NCBI GenBank assembly: GCA_040752415.1
Contig: JBFMGU010000079.1
Span: 1-39,783 of the forward strand
DNA: 39,783 nt
DNA from: Myxococcota bacterium
Lineage (GTDB): Bacteria > Myxococcota > JACRCW01
Direction: 5' to 3'
Below the pieces are notes generated by a model that saw nothing but the letters and a program-made list of their open reading frames with translations, searched no databases and was not told the DNA's origin. Of the stretch, positions 7,262 through 17,302 are shown piece by piece. Positions within the stretch are counted from its first letter, which is position 1, and each line of letters opens with the position of its first letter. The translations under genes and the position numbers were made by a program.

Positions 7262-8884
7262 TCAGTGACGCAGGCCCGGCGCCTCGTGTCCGCTGCGCGC
7301 CACGTACTCGGTGTAACCGCCGCCATACTGGTGGGTGCCTTCCGGCGTCAGCTCGAGGACACGATTGGAGAGCGCCGCCAGGAAGTGCCGGTCGTGACTC
7401 ACGAAGAGCATGGTGCCCTCGAAGTCCTTGAGCGCGTTGATCAGCATCTCCTTGGTGCCCATGTCCAGGTGGTTGGTGGGCTCGTCGAGGATGAGGAAGT
7501 TGGGCGGGTCAAACAGCATGCGCGCCAGCACCAGCCGCGCCTTCTCTCCGCCGGACAGCACGCGACACGGCTTCTCGATCTCCACGCCCGAGAAACCGAA
7601 GCACCCGGCCAGCTGGCGCAACACGCCAATGGACGCGAGCGGGAACGCCTCGACGAGCGTCTCCCACACCGTCTGCTCCGGCTTGAGCACCTCCATGGCG
7701 TGCTGCGCGAAGTACCCCACCTTCACGCTGGCGCCGAGCGTCACGTTGCCGGTGTCGGGAGTGGCGGCGTTGGCCACCAGCTTGAGCAGCGTGCTCTTCC
7801 CCGCGCCGTTCACGCCCATCACGCACCAGCGCTCCCTGCGACGGATGAGCAGGTCCATCCCGTCGTAGACCACGCGGCTGCCGTAACGCTTGGCCACCTT
7901 GTCCAGGCGCACCACCTCCTCGCCGGAGCGGGGCGCGCTCTTGAACTCAAAGGCCACCTGCGTGCGCCGCTTGGGCGGCTCCACCCGCTCGATCTTCTCC
8001 AGCTTCTTCACGCGTGACTGCACCTGCGCCGCGTGGCTGGCCCGCGCCTTGAACCGCGCAATGAACGCCTCCTCCTTCGCCAGCATGGCCTGCTGCCGCT
8101 CGTACTGCGCTTCCTGCTGCGCCTCGTTGAGCGCGCGCTGCTTCTCGTAGAAGTCGTAGTTGCCGCTGTAGGTGGTGAGCGTGCCCCCGTCGATCTCCAC
8201 GATCTTCCCGACGATGCGGTTCATGAACTCCCGGTCATGGGAGGTCATGAGCAGCGCGCCCTCGTAGCCCTTGAGGAACTCCTCCAGCCAGATGAGCGAC
8301 TCGATGTCGAGGTGGTTGCTCGGCTCGTCCAGCAGCATGGCGTCGGGGCGCATGAGCAGGATGCGGGCCAGGGCCACGCGCATCTTCCAACCGCCGCTGA
8401 GCGCGCCCACGTCGCCATCCATGACCTCCTGGCTGAAACCCAGGCCGGCCAGGATCTCCCGCGCGCGCCCCTCCAGCGCGTAGCCACCCAGCTCCTCGTA
8501 GCGCGCCTGCACCGTGCCGTAGCGGTCCACCAGCGCTTCCATCTCGTCGGCGCGCGCGAGGTCGGCCATGGCCAGCTCCAGCTCCTTGAGCTCGCGCGCC
8601 ACCTCGCTCACCGGGCCCGCGCCGTCCATGGTCTCCGCCACCACGGGCCGGCCCTTCATCTCGCCCACGTCCTGGCTGAAGTAGCCCAGCGTGACCCCGC
8701 GATCGATGGCGACCTGGCCGTCGTCGGGGACCTCGTCCTTCATGATCATGCGGAAGATGGTGGTCTTGCCCGCGCCGTTGGGACCCACCAGGCCCACCTT
8801 CTCGCCGCGATGGATGGCGGCGGAAGCGTCCATGAAGAGAATCTGGCGGCCGTGGGTCTTGCTGATGGAATCCAGGCGGATCAC
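7262..8884 (-). CDS. ABC-F family ATP-binding protein, 540 aa
   Basis: Two ABC domains (GPNGAGKT/LSGGW/LLDEPSNHLD and GVNGAGKS/LSGGEK/ILDEPTNHLD), no TM segments, inter-domain linker FIARFKARASHAAQVQSRVKKLEK. Confidence 0.95.
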   Translation of the reverse strand: MIRLDSISKTHGRQILFMDASAAIHRGEKVGLVGPNGAGKTTIFRMIMKDEVPDDGQVAIDRGVTLGYFSQDVGEMKGRPVVAETMDGAGPVSEVARELKELELAMADLARADEMEALVDRYGTVQARYEELGGYALEGRAREILAGLGFSQEVMDGDVGALSGGWKMRVALARILLMRPDAMLLDEPSNHLDIESLIWLEEFLKGYEGALLMTSHDREFMNRIVGKIVEIDGGTLTTYSGNYDFYEKQRALNEAQQEAQYERQQAMLAKEEAFIARFKARASHAAQVQSRVKKLEKIERVEPPKRRTQVAFEFKSAPRSGEEVVRLDKVAKRYGSRVVYDGMDLLIRRRERWCVMGVNGAGKSTLLKLVANAATPDTGNVTLGASVKVGYFAQHAMEVLKPEQTVWETLVEAFPLASIGVLRQLAGCFGFSGVEIEKPCRVLSGGEKARLVLARMLFDPPNFLILDEPTNHLDMGTKEMLINALKDFEGTMLFVSHDRHFLAALSNRVLELTPEGTHQYGGGYTEYVARSGHEAPGLRH

Positions 8885-8971
8885 GAGGGCACTCCGGGAA
8901 AAGCCGCGCCGTCTTTCTCCGTCGGGGCGCGCGGCGTCAAGCGGAGGCTGGCCTGGAACGAGGACGTGGGT

Positions 8972-10201
8972 TCAGGGCACGCGGCAGGCGTAGTCGGTGG
9001 AACCGTAGCTGTAGATGCTGCCGCTGATGCTCAGACCGCCCAGGTCCAGGTAGTGCGTGTCCACGCCGTCGGGCCCGTACGCGGGGAGCTGTCCGTCGGG
9101 GAAGGTGAAGGTGACGTTGGGCATGCACGCCTGCTCCTGGTACTCCTGCCCCACGTCCTGCGGGCCCAGGTACCAGAGGTTGCTGCCTCCCGCGGCCTCG
9201 ACGTCGACGTAGTAGCTGCCCTCTTCCGCGTCGAGGAAGCCGGGGCAGCGCGAGTCCGCCTGCAGGTACACCTGGGTCAGACCGTATTGCGCCTCGTAGG
9301 AGATGTAGAGGCTGCAGCCCGGCGGATTGGTGAGCGAGATGTTGAAGGAGACGCGGGAGATGCAGCCATCCTCCTGCGCGTCGACGTCGATCTTGTGATT
9401 GATCGTGGCGTAGACCTCACCGCCGGCGTAGCTGATGTTGGACACGTCGGTGCCAAGCGTGCCGGACACCGCCATCTGCCCGCCCTCCTCGCCACCCACG
9501 CACGTCCCGCCGCCCGACGACGAGCTCGACGACGAGCTGCTGGAGGTGCTCCCGCCCGGGCGCGGGCCGCAGTCGGCGCAGTCGGTGCCGAACTCGCAGG
9601 ACTCGGTCTGCGCGCCCTCTCCACCGTCGTCACATTCGCCGTCGTTGTGCCACTGGCAGGTGTTGGTGCACAGCCCACCCGAAGACCCGCCCGACGACGA
9701 GCTGCTGGAAGAGGAGCTGCTGGTGCCGGCGCAGTCCGGCGGACCACCGCAGATGCCCAGCAGGTTGAAGCACCACTGTCCGTCGGTGCAGCCGTTGGGC
9801 GCGCAGCTGCCAGCCCCGCAGGTGCAGCCCGTCTCGCTGTCGCCGGGAGCGGCCCATCCGTCGCAGCTCACCCCGCCGGAGCTGTTGGAGCCGCCGCTGG
9901 AGCCCGAGCCCGTCGACGCGGAGGTGGAGTTGTTGGAAGCGCTGGTGCTGTTGCCGCCGGAGGACGTCCCCGAACCGCTGCCGTTCCCGGAGCCGTTTCC
10001 CCCGGAGCTGCTGCCACTTCCCGACGACGCGCCGCTGCCTCCGGAGCTGGCATTGTTTCCGCCGCCCACACGCGCCACGCACTCGCCGCGCTGGCACACC
10101 TGCCCCTCGCTGCAGTCGTTGTCGTACTTGCACTCGTCGGTGCCGCCGCCCGTGCACGCCACAAGTCCCGCCAACATCACCGCACCAATGCGCATCCGCA
10201 T
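8972..10201 (-). CDS. Cys-rich, Ser/Gly-linker lipoprotein of unknown function, 409 aa
   Basis: GAGGTG RBS before ATG 10201; lipobox LAGLVAC; C-x5-C-x5-C-x4-C module, poly-Ser/Gly linkers, CTNTC...DGECDDGG...GTDCADCG module, beta-rich C-terminal domain. Confidence 0.8.
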   Translation of the reverse strand: MRMRIGAVMLAGLVACTGGGTDECKYDNDCSEGQVCQRGECVARVGGGNNASSGGSGASSGSGSSSGGNGSGNGSGSGTSSGGNSTSASNNSTSASTGSGSSGGSNSSGGVSCDGWAAPGDSETGCTCGAGSCAPNGCTDGQWCFNLLGICGGPPDCAGTSSSSSSSSSSGGSSGGLCTNTCQWHNDGECDDGGEGAQTESCEFGTDCADCGPRPGGSTSSSSSSSSSSGGGTCVGGEEGGQMAVSGTLGTDVSNISYAGGEVYATINHKIDVDAQEDGCISRVSFNISLTNPPGCSLYISYEAQYGLTQVYLQADSRCPGFLDAEEGSYYVDVEAAGGSNLWYLGPQDVGQEYQEQACMPNVTFTFPDGQLPAYGPDGVDTHYLDLGGLSISGSIYSYGSTDYACRVP

Positions 10202-10324
10202 GTCGTCACCTCGAGAAACCGGCGGACCGCATGCCACGCCGTCAACCGGGTTGCAATGGATGCGCAGGTCGCGACGGGCCTCGGGGATTGCCCAAGCGGC
10301 GCTCCATGGGCTTAGCTTGTTTTC

Positions 10325-12625
10325 ATGGCCTTGCTTCCGCTCGTGCTCGCGGCGTGTGCCTGCACGGCGTGGCTGCTGCCAGGTCTGCTGGGGCAGCAGG
10401 TCTTCTACGGGCGCGACATGCTGCTCTTCCGCCTCCCCTACCTGGAGGCCATGGGGAAGGAGCTGCGCGCGGGCCGCTGGCCGACGTGGACCGACGACAT
10501 CGCCGGCGGCGTCCCCTTGTGGCACCACCCTTCCGCGGAGCTGGCGGACCCTTCCGCGCTGCTGGCGACGGTGCTGGACCCGTACCAGACCTACGCGGCG
10601 CGCACGCTCTTCCACGTGTTGCTGGCGCTGTTGGGGGTGTGGCTGCTGGCGCGTTCACTCGGCGCGCACCGACTCCTCGCCACCTGGGCGGCGGTGCTCT
10701 ACGTGGGCAGCGGACCGGCTGCGTCGTTGTGGACGGTGAAGTTCATTCCCACCTCGGCGTTGCCGTGGCTGTGCGTGGGCGTGGTGTGGACCGTGCGCTC
10801 CCGACGCTGGCGCGGACCCTTGACGCTGGCGCTTGCCACCGCCGGCGCCATGTTGCACCCGGATCCTCCCGCGCTCGTCGGTGCGGCGATTCTCGCGGTG
10901 GCGTTGGGGCTGAGCGTGACGCCGAGGAGCGCGCGACGCCGGGCGGTGATGCGCTGCCTCGCAGCGACGACGATCGGAGTGCTTCTCGCCGGGCCGTTCC
11001 TGGTCCCCGCGCTGCTGACGTTGCAGGACACCGCGCGAGGGGAGGCCACCGCGTTGGGCAGCAGCGCGCACTTCGATCCCACGGTGCTCCTCGACGTGGT
11101 GGCGCCGGGGGCGCGCGGAATTCCCACCGCGGTCAACGCCTCGGCGGCGTTCTACGCGCAGCTGTCCGGCCCGCGCCCGTTCATCTTCCACATGTTCTTC
11201 GGGATGACCGCGGTGGCGTTGCTGCTTGCTCGTCGGAAGCGCGTGTCCCGGGTGGACGTGTTCCTGGGTGGCGCGGCGCTGCTCCTGGCCTTGATGTCCG
11301 ACGGAACCACGCTCCCCGGCGTGGATGCGCTGTGGCGCGCCTTGAACGCCCGCTACCCCGACAAGGTCCTCCTCCCCGCGGTGCTCGCCCTGCAGCTCGT
11401 GGCCGCGCGCACGTCGACGCGGGGACCACCTGGACGTCGTGAGTGGGGCCTGGGCGCGCTGGCCGTGGGCGGCCTGGCGTTGCTGCTGGCTGCACCGGGC
11501 ATGGCAGACAGTCTCACCGTGTCCCTGATGGAACGTGAGGCAGGCATCCGCGAGGTGGTGCGGGACATCATGCGCACACGATTGATCGAGGCGGGAACGC
11601 TCATCGTCGTGGCGGCGCTGGCGCTGATGCTCGGGAGACGGTGGCGTGGCATGGAGGTGGCGTTGGGGATGGTCACCGTGCTGGGTGCGTCGGAGGCCGC
11701 GGCGTGCCTGGGCTCGTTGTGTCGCACCACCGACGCTGCGCGGGTCCGCCATGCCCACGCGCTGCTGGACGTCCCGCCCATGGCACCGGTTCCCACCTTT
11801 GTGGGTGAGCAGGGACGGAGCGCCGCGGACATCCCCTTCCTGATCCGTCGTGATAGCGACGAGGATTTCGGCAACCTCTCGCAGGTGGCGCTGGGTGTGC
11901 CGGCGTCGGGCCTGCTCAGTGGGGCGCGTTACCCGGTGGGCGACGAGCTCAGCGGCATCTACGCGCTCTCCGTGCAGCGCCTCCTCGGCGACGTGCTCCC
12001 GCACCTGCCCTCCGGACTGCTGGCCAACGTGCTCACGCGGCTGGGCATCCAGCGCATGTGGATCCGTGACGACGGGGAAACACCCCAATCCGCCTTGGCG
12101 CGCCCGGGTCACCACGCCATCCTGGGGCGGACGCACTGGTGGGAGCTGCACGCGCTTGCCCCGCTGCCCGACGTGCACGTGGAGACCGCATGGGAGGTGG
12201 AGCGCGAAGTGAAGGCGGCCACGTTGCGCTTGGCGCATCCCAACGGACCGCGGGTGGTGTTGTCCTCGGGAGCGCCGCCGGATGATCCCAGTGCCGCGGC
12301 GGAGTGGCGCGTTGTCCAGCGTTCACCCACGCGCGTGGATGTCCACGTCACCTCCCGCGCGTCGACGGTGCTCATCCAGCACGCGGCGTGGCATCCGGCA
12401 TGGGAAGCGGAGGTGGATGGAGCCCCGGTGCCGCTGGAGCTGGGGAACCTGGCGCAGCGCGCGGTGCGCGTCCCGCCGGGAAGCCACGACGTCACGCTGC
12501 GCCACCGCATGCGCGGAGTCACGGCGGGCTGGCTGTTGGGGGCGTTGGGTCTGGTGTTGCTCGCGGCCTGGTGCTTGCGTGCTCGCGTGGCGACGAGAGG
12601 TGGGGTCGTCGTCACCGCGGCGTGA
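10325..12625 (+). CDS. YfhO-family (GT-C-like) multi-pass membrane protein, 766 aa
   Basis: FYGRD...GRWPTW..DIAGGVP N-terminal loop, many TM helices, C-terminal WHPAWEAEVDG...RAVRVPPGSHDVTLRH motif typical of YfhO. Confidence 0.8.
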   Translation: MALLPLVLAACACTAWLLPGLLGQQVFYGRDMLLFRLPYLEAMGKELRAGRWPTWTDDIAGGVPLWHHPSAELADPSALLATVLDPYQTYAARTLFHVLLALLGVWLLARSLGAHRLLATWAAVLYVGSGPAASLWTVKFIPTSALPWLCVGVVWTVRSRRWRGPLTLALATAGAMLHPDPPALVGAAILAVALGLSVTPRSARRRAVMRCLAATTIGVLLAGPFLVPALLTLQDTARGEATALGSSAHFDPTVLLDVVAPGARGIPTAVNASAAFYAQLSGPRPFIFHMFFGMTAVALLLARRKRVSRVDVFLGGAALLLALMSDGTTLPGVDALWRALNARYPDKVLLPAVLALQLVAARTSTRGPPGRREWGLGALAVGGLALLLAAPGMADSLTVSLMEREAGIREVVRDIMRTRLIEAGTLIVVAALALMLGRRWRGMEVALGMVTVLGASEAAACLGSLCRTTDAARVRHAHALLDVPPMAPVPTFVGEQGRSAADIPFLIRRDSDEDFGNLSQVALGVPASGLLSGARYPVGDELSGIYALSVQRLLGDVLPHLPSGLLANVLTRLGIQRMWIRDDGETPQSALARPGHHAILGRTHWWELHALAPLPDVHVETAWEVEREVKAATLRLAHPNGPRVVLSSGAPPDDPSAAAEWRVVQRSPTRVDVHVTSRASTVLIQHAAWHPAWEAEVDGAPVPLELGNLAQRAVRVPPGSHDVTLRHRMRGVTAGWLLGALGLVLLAAWCLRARVATRGGVVVTAA

Positions 12626-12637
12626 GATTCCCGCGTC

Positions 12638-13282
12638 TCACTTCGCCGCGCCGGCGCCTTCCGCGGCGGGAGCACCTTCCGCGGCGGCGGCCGGGGCACC
12701 CTCGGCGGGCGTGGGCGCGGCGGCGGGCGGCGGGGCGGCCTGGGCCTTGGCGGCCTCGGCTTCCGCGGCGGTCTTCAGCTGGGTCAGGCCCTTGGTGAAG
12801 TCGTTGCCCAGCATCTTGTCCATGTCGACGAACAGGCAGAACGCCTTGCCCATGAAGTCGTTCTTCCCGTTCATGCCCCAGGTCACCAGAGTGCCGTTGG
12901 CCTCCGGCTTCAACACGAAGTCCACCGTGCTGGAGGACGGGAACGGACGGATGAAGTTGAGGTCGATGTCCACGCGCTCCCCCGGCTTCACCGCGGTGAT
13001 CTTCATGTTGCCCTCACCCACCTCGTCATTGCCGGACCACGCGTACGTGGCGTCCTTGCCCTTGTCCGGGCCGCCGAAGGTGACCTTCTGGTTCGGGTCG
13101 ATCTTGGCCCACGGCGACCACGCATCCCAGCGCTTGAAGTCCTCGATCTGCGCCATGACGACGTCCGGCGGCGCCGCCATGGCGAGGGAACGCTCCACGC
13201 GGTAGTCCGCGGGCTGCATTGCAACGACGACGACGAACACGCCAACCAGTGCAACCAGGCCAATCAGGATCTTCTTCACCAC
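12638..13282 (-). CDS. SRPBCC (START/polyketide cyclase-like) protein with N-terminal anchor and Ala/Pro-rich tail, 214 aa
   Basis: YRVERS, WDAWSPWAKIDPN, YAWSGNDEVGEG, TLVTWGM, MLGNDFTKGLTQLK; AAGGAG RBS before GTG. Confidence 0.9.
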   Translation of the reverse strand: MVKKILIGLVALVGVFVVVVAMQPADYRVERSLAMAAPPDVVMAQIEDFKRWDAWSPWAKIDPNQKVTFGGPDKGKDATYAWSGNDEVGEGNMKITAVKPGERVDIDLNFIRPFPSSSTVDFVLKPEANGTLVTWGMNGKNDFMGKAFCLFVDMDKMLGNDFTKGLTQLKTAAEAEAAKAQAAPPPAAAPTPAEGAPAAAAEGAPAAEGAGAAK

Positions 13283-13498
13283 GGAGCTCTCCTTGGGTGG
13301 GCAGGTGGCGCAGAGCTAGACCCCCACCCGGGCCACGAGCAAGCACCGGATGCCGGAAACCCGCGTCCCACCGGGGAATTCCCTGATTCCGCCGTGCCGT
13401 GTGCACCACGCCCCGGGCGCCGTCGTGAGCGTGCGCTTGACGGAGGCGGCGCTCCGCAGCACATGGCGGGCCGGCATTTTCCAGAGGATGAGGCAGTC

Positions 13499-15115
13499 GT
13501 GTTGAACGTGGTGGATGTGACGCAGGCGTTTGGCCAGAAGGTGCTGTTCGAGAACGTGAACGTGAGCTTCACGCCGGGCAAGCGGTACGGGCTCACCGGT
13601 CCCAACGGCGCGGGCAAGAGCACGTTCATGAAGTTCCTCGCCGGGGAGGCCACGCCCGCCCGCGGGAGCATCACCCGCCCGCGCAAGACCTCGTTCCTGC
13701 GCCAGGACCACTACGGCTTCGAGGAGCTCCGCGCGCTCGACGTGGTGATGATGGGCAACAAGCACCTCTGGGCCGCCATGCAGGAGCGCGACGCCCTGCT
13801 CAAGAAGGCCGAGACCGGTGACTTCTCCGACGAGGAGGGCATGCGCCTGGGTGAGCTGGAGGGCGTCATTGCCGAGGAGAACGGCTACGCCGCGGAGAGC
13901 GAGGCCGCCACGCTGCTGGACGGTCTGGGCATTGAGCAGAAGCTCCAGGGCGAGCCCATGAAGAACATCAGCGGCGGCTACAAGCTGCGCGTGCTCCTGG
14001 CGCAGGCGCTGTTTGGCAAGCCGGACTGCCTGCTGCTGGACGAGCCCACCAACCACCTGGACATGGATTCCATCCACTGGCTGGAGCGCTTCCTGCTGGA
14101 CTACGAGGGAATCCTCGTCGTCATCAGCCACGACCGGCACTTCCTCAACTCGGTCACCACGCACATCGCCGACATCGACTACGAGACCATCATCACCTAC
14201 ACCGGCAACTACGACGAGATGGTCCTGCAGAAGAGCCAGGTCCGCTCCCGCGTGGAGTCGGAGAACCAGGACAAGGCGCGCAAGATTGCCCAGCTCAAGG
14301 AGTTCGTGGCGCGCTTTGGCGCGGGCACGCGCGCATCCCAGGTGCAGAGCCGCAAGAAGGAGATCGACAAGCTCCAGCTCACCGAGCTCAAGAAGAGCAA
14401 CATCCAGCGTCCCTTCATCCGCTTCCCCGTCGGCGACAAACCGGGCGGCAAGACGGTGCTGCGCGGGGAGCGGCTGGGCAAGCGCTTCGAGGAGCCGGGG
14501 CGTCCACCCGTCCAAATCTGCCGGGACCTGGACCTGCTGCTGATGCGCGGGGACAAGCTGGCGATCATCGGTCCCTCGGGGATTGGCAAGACCACGCTGC
14601 TGCGCATGCTGCTGGGCACGGTGACGCCGGATGCCGGCACCTGCACCTGGGGTCACGAGACCGACGTGGGCTACTTCCCGCAGGAGCTGGAGCGCCCCGA
14701 GCCGGGACGGAAGCTGTGGGAGTGGCTGCAGGCGCTGGACCCGCGGGCCTCACGCGAGGACGTGCGCGGGCTCCTGGGCCGCATGCTCTTCTCCGGCGAC
14801 GAGGGAGAGAAGCGCACGGAGGTGCTCAGCGGCGGAGAGACGGTGCGTCTCCTGTTCGCCAAGATGATGCTGCTCAAGCACAACGTGCTGATCTTCGACG
14901 AGCCCACCAACCACCTTGACCTGGAGTCGTGCAGCGCCCTGCGCGACGCGTTCAAGGCCTACGAGGGCACCCTCATCGTGGTCACCCACGACCATGACAT
15001 CGTGGCGGACTGTGCCACGCGCATCCTGGCCATGGGTCGGCACGGCATTGAGGACTTCCAGGGCACCTACGACGAGTTCCTCCGCAAGAAGGGCGACGTC
15101 CGGCTGGACCGCTGA
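13499..15115 (+). CDS. ABC-F family ATP-binding protein, YbiT-like, 538 aa
   Basis: GKRYGLTGPNGAGKSTFMK, ISGGYKLRVLLAQALF, LLDEPTNHLD, linker FVARFGAGTRASQVQSRKK...RPFIRF, second ABC GPSGIGKT/LSGGE. Start at GTG 13499 is inferred. Confidence 0.93.
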   Translation: MLNVVDVTQAFGQKVLFENVNVSFTPGKRYGLTGPNGAGKSTFMKFLAGEATPARGSITRPRKTSFLRQDHYGFEELRALDVVMMGNKHLWAAMQERDALLKKAETGDFSDEEGMRLGELEGVIAEENGYAAESEAATLLDGLGIEQKLQGEPMKNISGGYKLRVLLAQALFGKPDCLLLDEPTNHLDMDSIHWLERFLLDYEGILVVISHDRHFLNSVTTHIADIDYETIITYTGNYDEMVLQKSQVRSRVESENQDKARKIAQLKEFVARFGAGTRASQVQSRKKEIDKLQLTELKKSNIQRPFIRFPVGDKPGGKTVLRGERLGKRFEEPGRPPVQICRDLDLLLMRGDKLAIIGPSGIGKTTLLRMLLGTVTPDAGTCTWGHETDVGYFPQELERPEPGRKLWEWLQALDPRASREDVRGLLGRMLFSGDEGEKRTEVLSGGETVRLLFAKMMLLKHNVLIFDEPTNHLDLESCSALRDAFKAYEGTLIVVTHDHDIVADCATRILAMGRHGIEDFQGTYDEFLRKKGDVRLDR

Positions 15116-15145
15116 GCCGCCCTTCCTGCGGGAACCGGTTCCCCG

Positions 15146-17302
15146 TCAGCGACGACGACGACGGAACAACAGCAGCGCCAGCGGCCATGCCACCAGCGGG
15201 ACCACGGCGCTGCCCGCGGTGGACGCGCAGCCGAACAGCGGGGCGTTTCCGCCGCCGTCGTCGGAAGCGGGCGGGTCCTCCGCCCGGGCCGCGCCGCTGC
15301 TCGCCCCCGGCTGGGACGGACCGCCCGTGCTGCTCGACGTGGACGAAGTCCCGGGCGCCGGGCTGCCGCTGGAACTGGCTGCCCCCGAGGTCGCCGGAGC
15401 GCTGGACGAGCCGGGAGCGCCACTGGTGCTGGCGGCGCCCGAGGTGGGCTGGGAGCTGGATGAGCCCGGCGCGCCACCCGTTGAGGACGTTCCCGGGCCG
15501 CCGCTGGAGGTGGACGTTCCCGGGGCGCCGCCCGTGGACGACGTGCCGCCGACGGCGGCGCTGCTGTCCCCCGCGGCGCCGCTGGAGCTGGTGCTGCCCG
15601 CTGGTCCGCCCGTGGAGGACGTGGCGCTGGCGCCGGACGTGGCCGCGCCGCCCGTGGAGGAGGCGCCCGAGCCGGAGCCCGGCGACGTGCCGGCGTCCTC
15701 CGCCGGGGTCCCGGCATCCTGCGTGGGGACGGGCACGGCACCGGAGATGGTGAAGCTGGCGTTGGTCTCGTCCAGCACGTTGGCGTCCCCGGCGGAGGAG
15801 ATGCGGAGCTGGCCGCGCGTGGTGTTCACCTGCGGGACGGTCCACGCGTAGCTGCCGGTGTTGGGCGCGGACGCCGTCACCGTCTGCCACGTCTGTCCGT
15901 CGTCACTGGAGAACTCCACCTTCACGTTGGCCACGCTGCCCACGGTCACCCATTGCACCGTGGCCTCGCTGCCGGCCGTCAGCGACTCACCGCCGTTGGG
16001 AGCCAGCAACATCAGCCCCGTGCCCTTCACCATGGCGAAGTGGTCGCTCTGCTGACCATCCCAGCGGATGTTGACGGCGCTGAGCCGGTTCCCCTGCACG
16101 TCGATGATCACCGAGCCGTTCTGCTTCTCGGTGAAATACATCAGCGGGTGGCCGCCGGTGCCGGAGACGCTCTTCCCGCCATGACCCGCCACCACGTAGA
16201 CCGCGCCCTGGTGCGGCTGCACTCCGTCGGGCTTGCTGTAGGGACCGTCGCCCAGCGGCTTGCCGTCGCCGTTGTCCAGGATGTGGTTGCCCGCGGTGGT
16301 GGGCGTGTCATAGGCGCTGTCGACGAGGAAGGAACGCTCATAGATGTGCGAGTGACCCGAGAGCACCAGGTCCACGCCCGCCGCCTCCAGGAGCGGCAGC
16401 GCGTTCTCGCGCATGGCAATGAGCTTGCTCTCGTCGTCGGAGTCGTGGCTGCCCTTGGAGTACGGCGGGTGATGCCAGTAGGCGATGATCCACTCCTGGG
16501 TGTTCGCCAGCAGGTCCTCCTGCAGCCACATCATCTGCGCGCCACTGGGGTCCGTGGAGGTGTCCTGGGAGTCCAACACCACGAAGTGGATGTTCGCGTA
16601 GTCGAAGGAATAGTAGGCCTCCGTGCCCGAGGGGATGCCGCCAGCCTGCCCGGCGCGGGGAAGCACGTAGGCGTCGTAGTAGGGGCCGGTCTCCGTGGCA
16701 GAGTCCGCGCTGCTCGCGTCGTGGTTGCCGATGGTCGGCCACGTCACGGTGTTCTGCAGCACGCCCTCGTAGATCTTGAAGAAGGTGCTGGTGAACTCGG
16801 AGTCGGTGCCGCTGCTGTAGGCGATGTCACCCATGTGCAGGTAGAGGTCGGGTCGCCGCGCGCCCACGGCGGCCAGCATGGCGTCGCGCACGTCCTTCTG
16901 CTTCGTCTCGCCGGTGCCGGAGTCCCCCACCACCCACAGGCGGGTCTTGGCATCCGTGCCTACCGGAGGAGAGGTGACGAAGTACTGGTCCTCGCTCGCC
17001 GCGGACAGCACGGTGTCGGTGGTGCCCACGCGGTAGTAGTAGCGGGTGGCCGGCGTGAGGTTGTTGAGTGTGACTTCATGCTGCTTCGTCACGGCGGAGT
17101 CGGTGACTGTTTCGGTGAGCTGGTCCGGGCTGGGGCCATAGGCCACCACGCCCTGGGCGGCCGTGTCCGTGCGCCACACAATGGTCATGGAGGTGGGCGT
17201 GCCCATCTGGAGATACGGCTTGCGGGACAGGCTCTGGGCGCTCACGGGGAGCGCACACAGCGTGATCGCCGCGACAACAACGGCTTGTGGAATGGACTTC
17301 AT
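15146..17302 (-). CDS. Purple-acid-phosphatase-like metallophosphoesterase (FN3 + calcineurin-like + Ig-like domain), Ser/Gly/Thr linker, MYXO-CTERM-type tail, 718 aa
   Basis: PYLQ...MTIVWRT FN3 domain; metal motifs GDSG, GDIAY, GNHD, WHHPPYS, SGHSHIYERS; APNGGE Ig-like domain; ends FGCAST...WPLALLLFRRRRR. Confidence 0.9.
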   Translation of the reverse strand: MKSIPQAVVVAAITLCALPVSAQSLSRKPYLQMGTPTSMTIVWRTDTAAQGVVAYGPSPDQLTETVTDSAVTKQHEVTLNNLTPATRYYYRVGTTDTVLSAASEDQYFVTSPPVGTDAKTRLWVVGDSGTGETKQKDVRDAMLAAVGARRPDLYLHMGDIAYSSGTDSEFTSTFFKIYEGVLQNTVTWPTIGNHDASSADSATETGPYYDAYVLPRAGQAGGIPSGTEAYYSFDYANIHFVVLDSQDTSTDPSGAQMMWLQEDLLANTQEWIIAYWHHPPYSKGSHDSDDESKLIAMRENALPLLEAAGVDLVLSGHSHIYERSFLVDSAYDTPTTAGNHILDNGDGKPLGDGPYSKPDGVQPHQGAVYVVAGHGGKSVSGTGGHPLMYFTEKQNGSVIIDVQGNRLSAVNIRWDGQQSDHFAMVKGTGLMLLAPNGGESLTAGSEATVQWVTVGSVANVKVEFSSDDGQTWQTVTASAPNTGSYAWTVPQVNTTRGQLRISSAGDANVLDETNASFTISGAVPVPTQDAGTPAEDAGTSPGSGSGASSTGGAATSGASATSSTGGPAGSTSSSGAAGDSSAAVGGTSSTGGAPGTSTSSGGPGTSSTGGAPGSSSSQPTSGAASTSGAPGSSSAPATSGAASSSGSPAPGTSSTSSSTGGPSQPGASSGAARAEDPPASDDGGGNAPLFGCASTAGSAVVPLVAWPLALLLFRRRRR

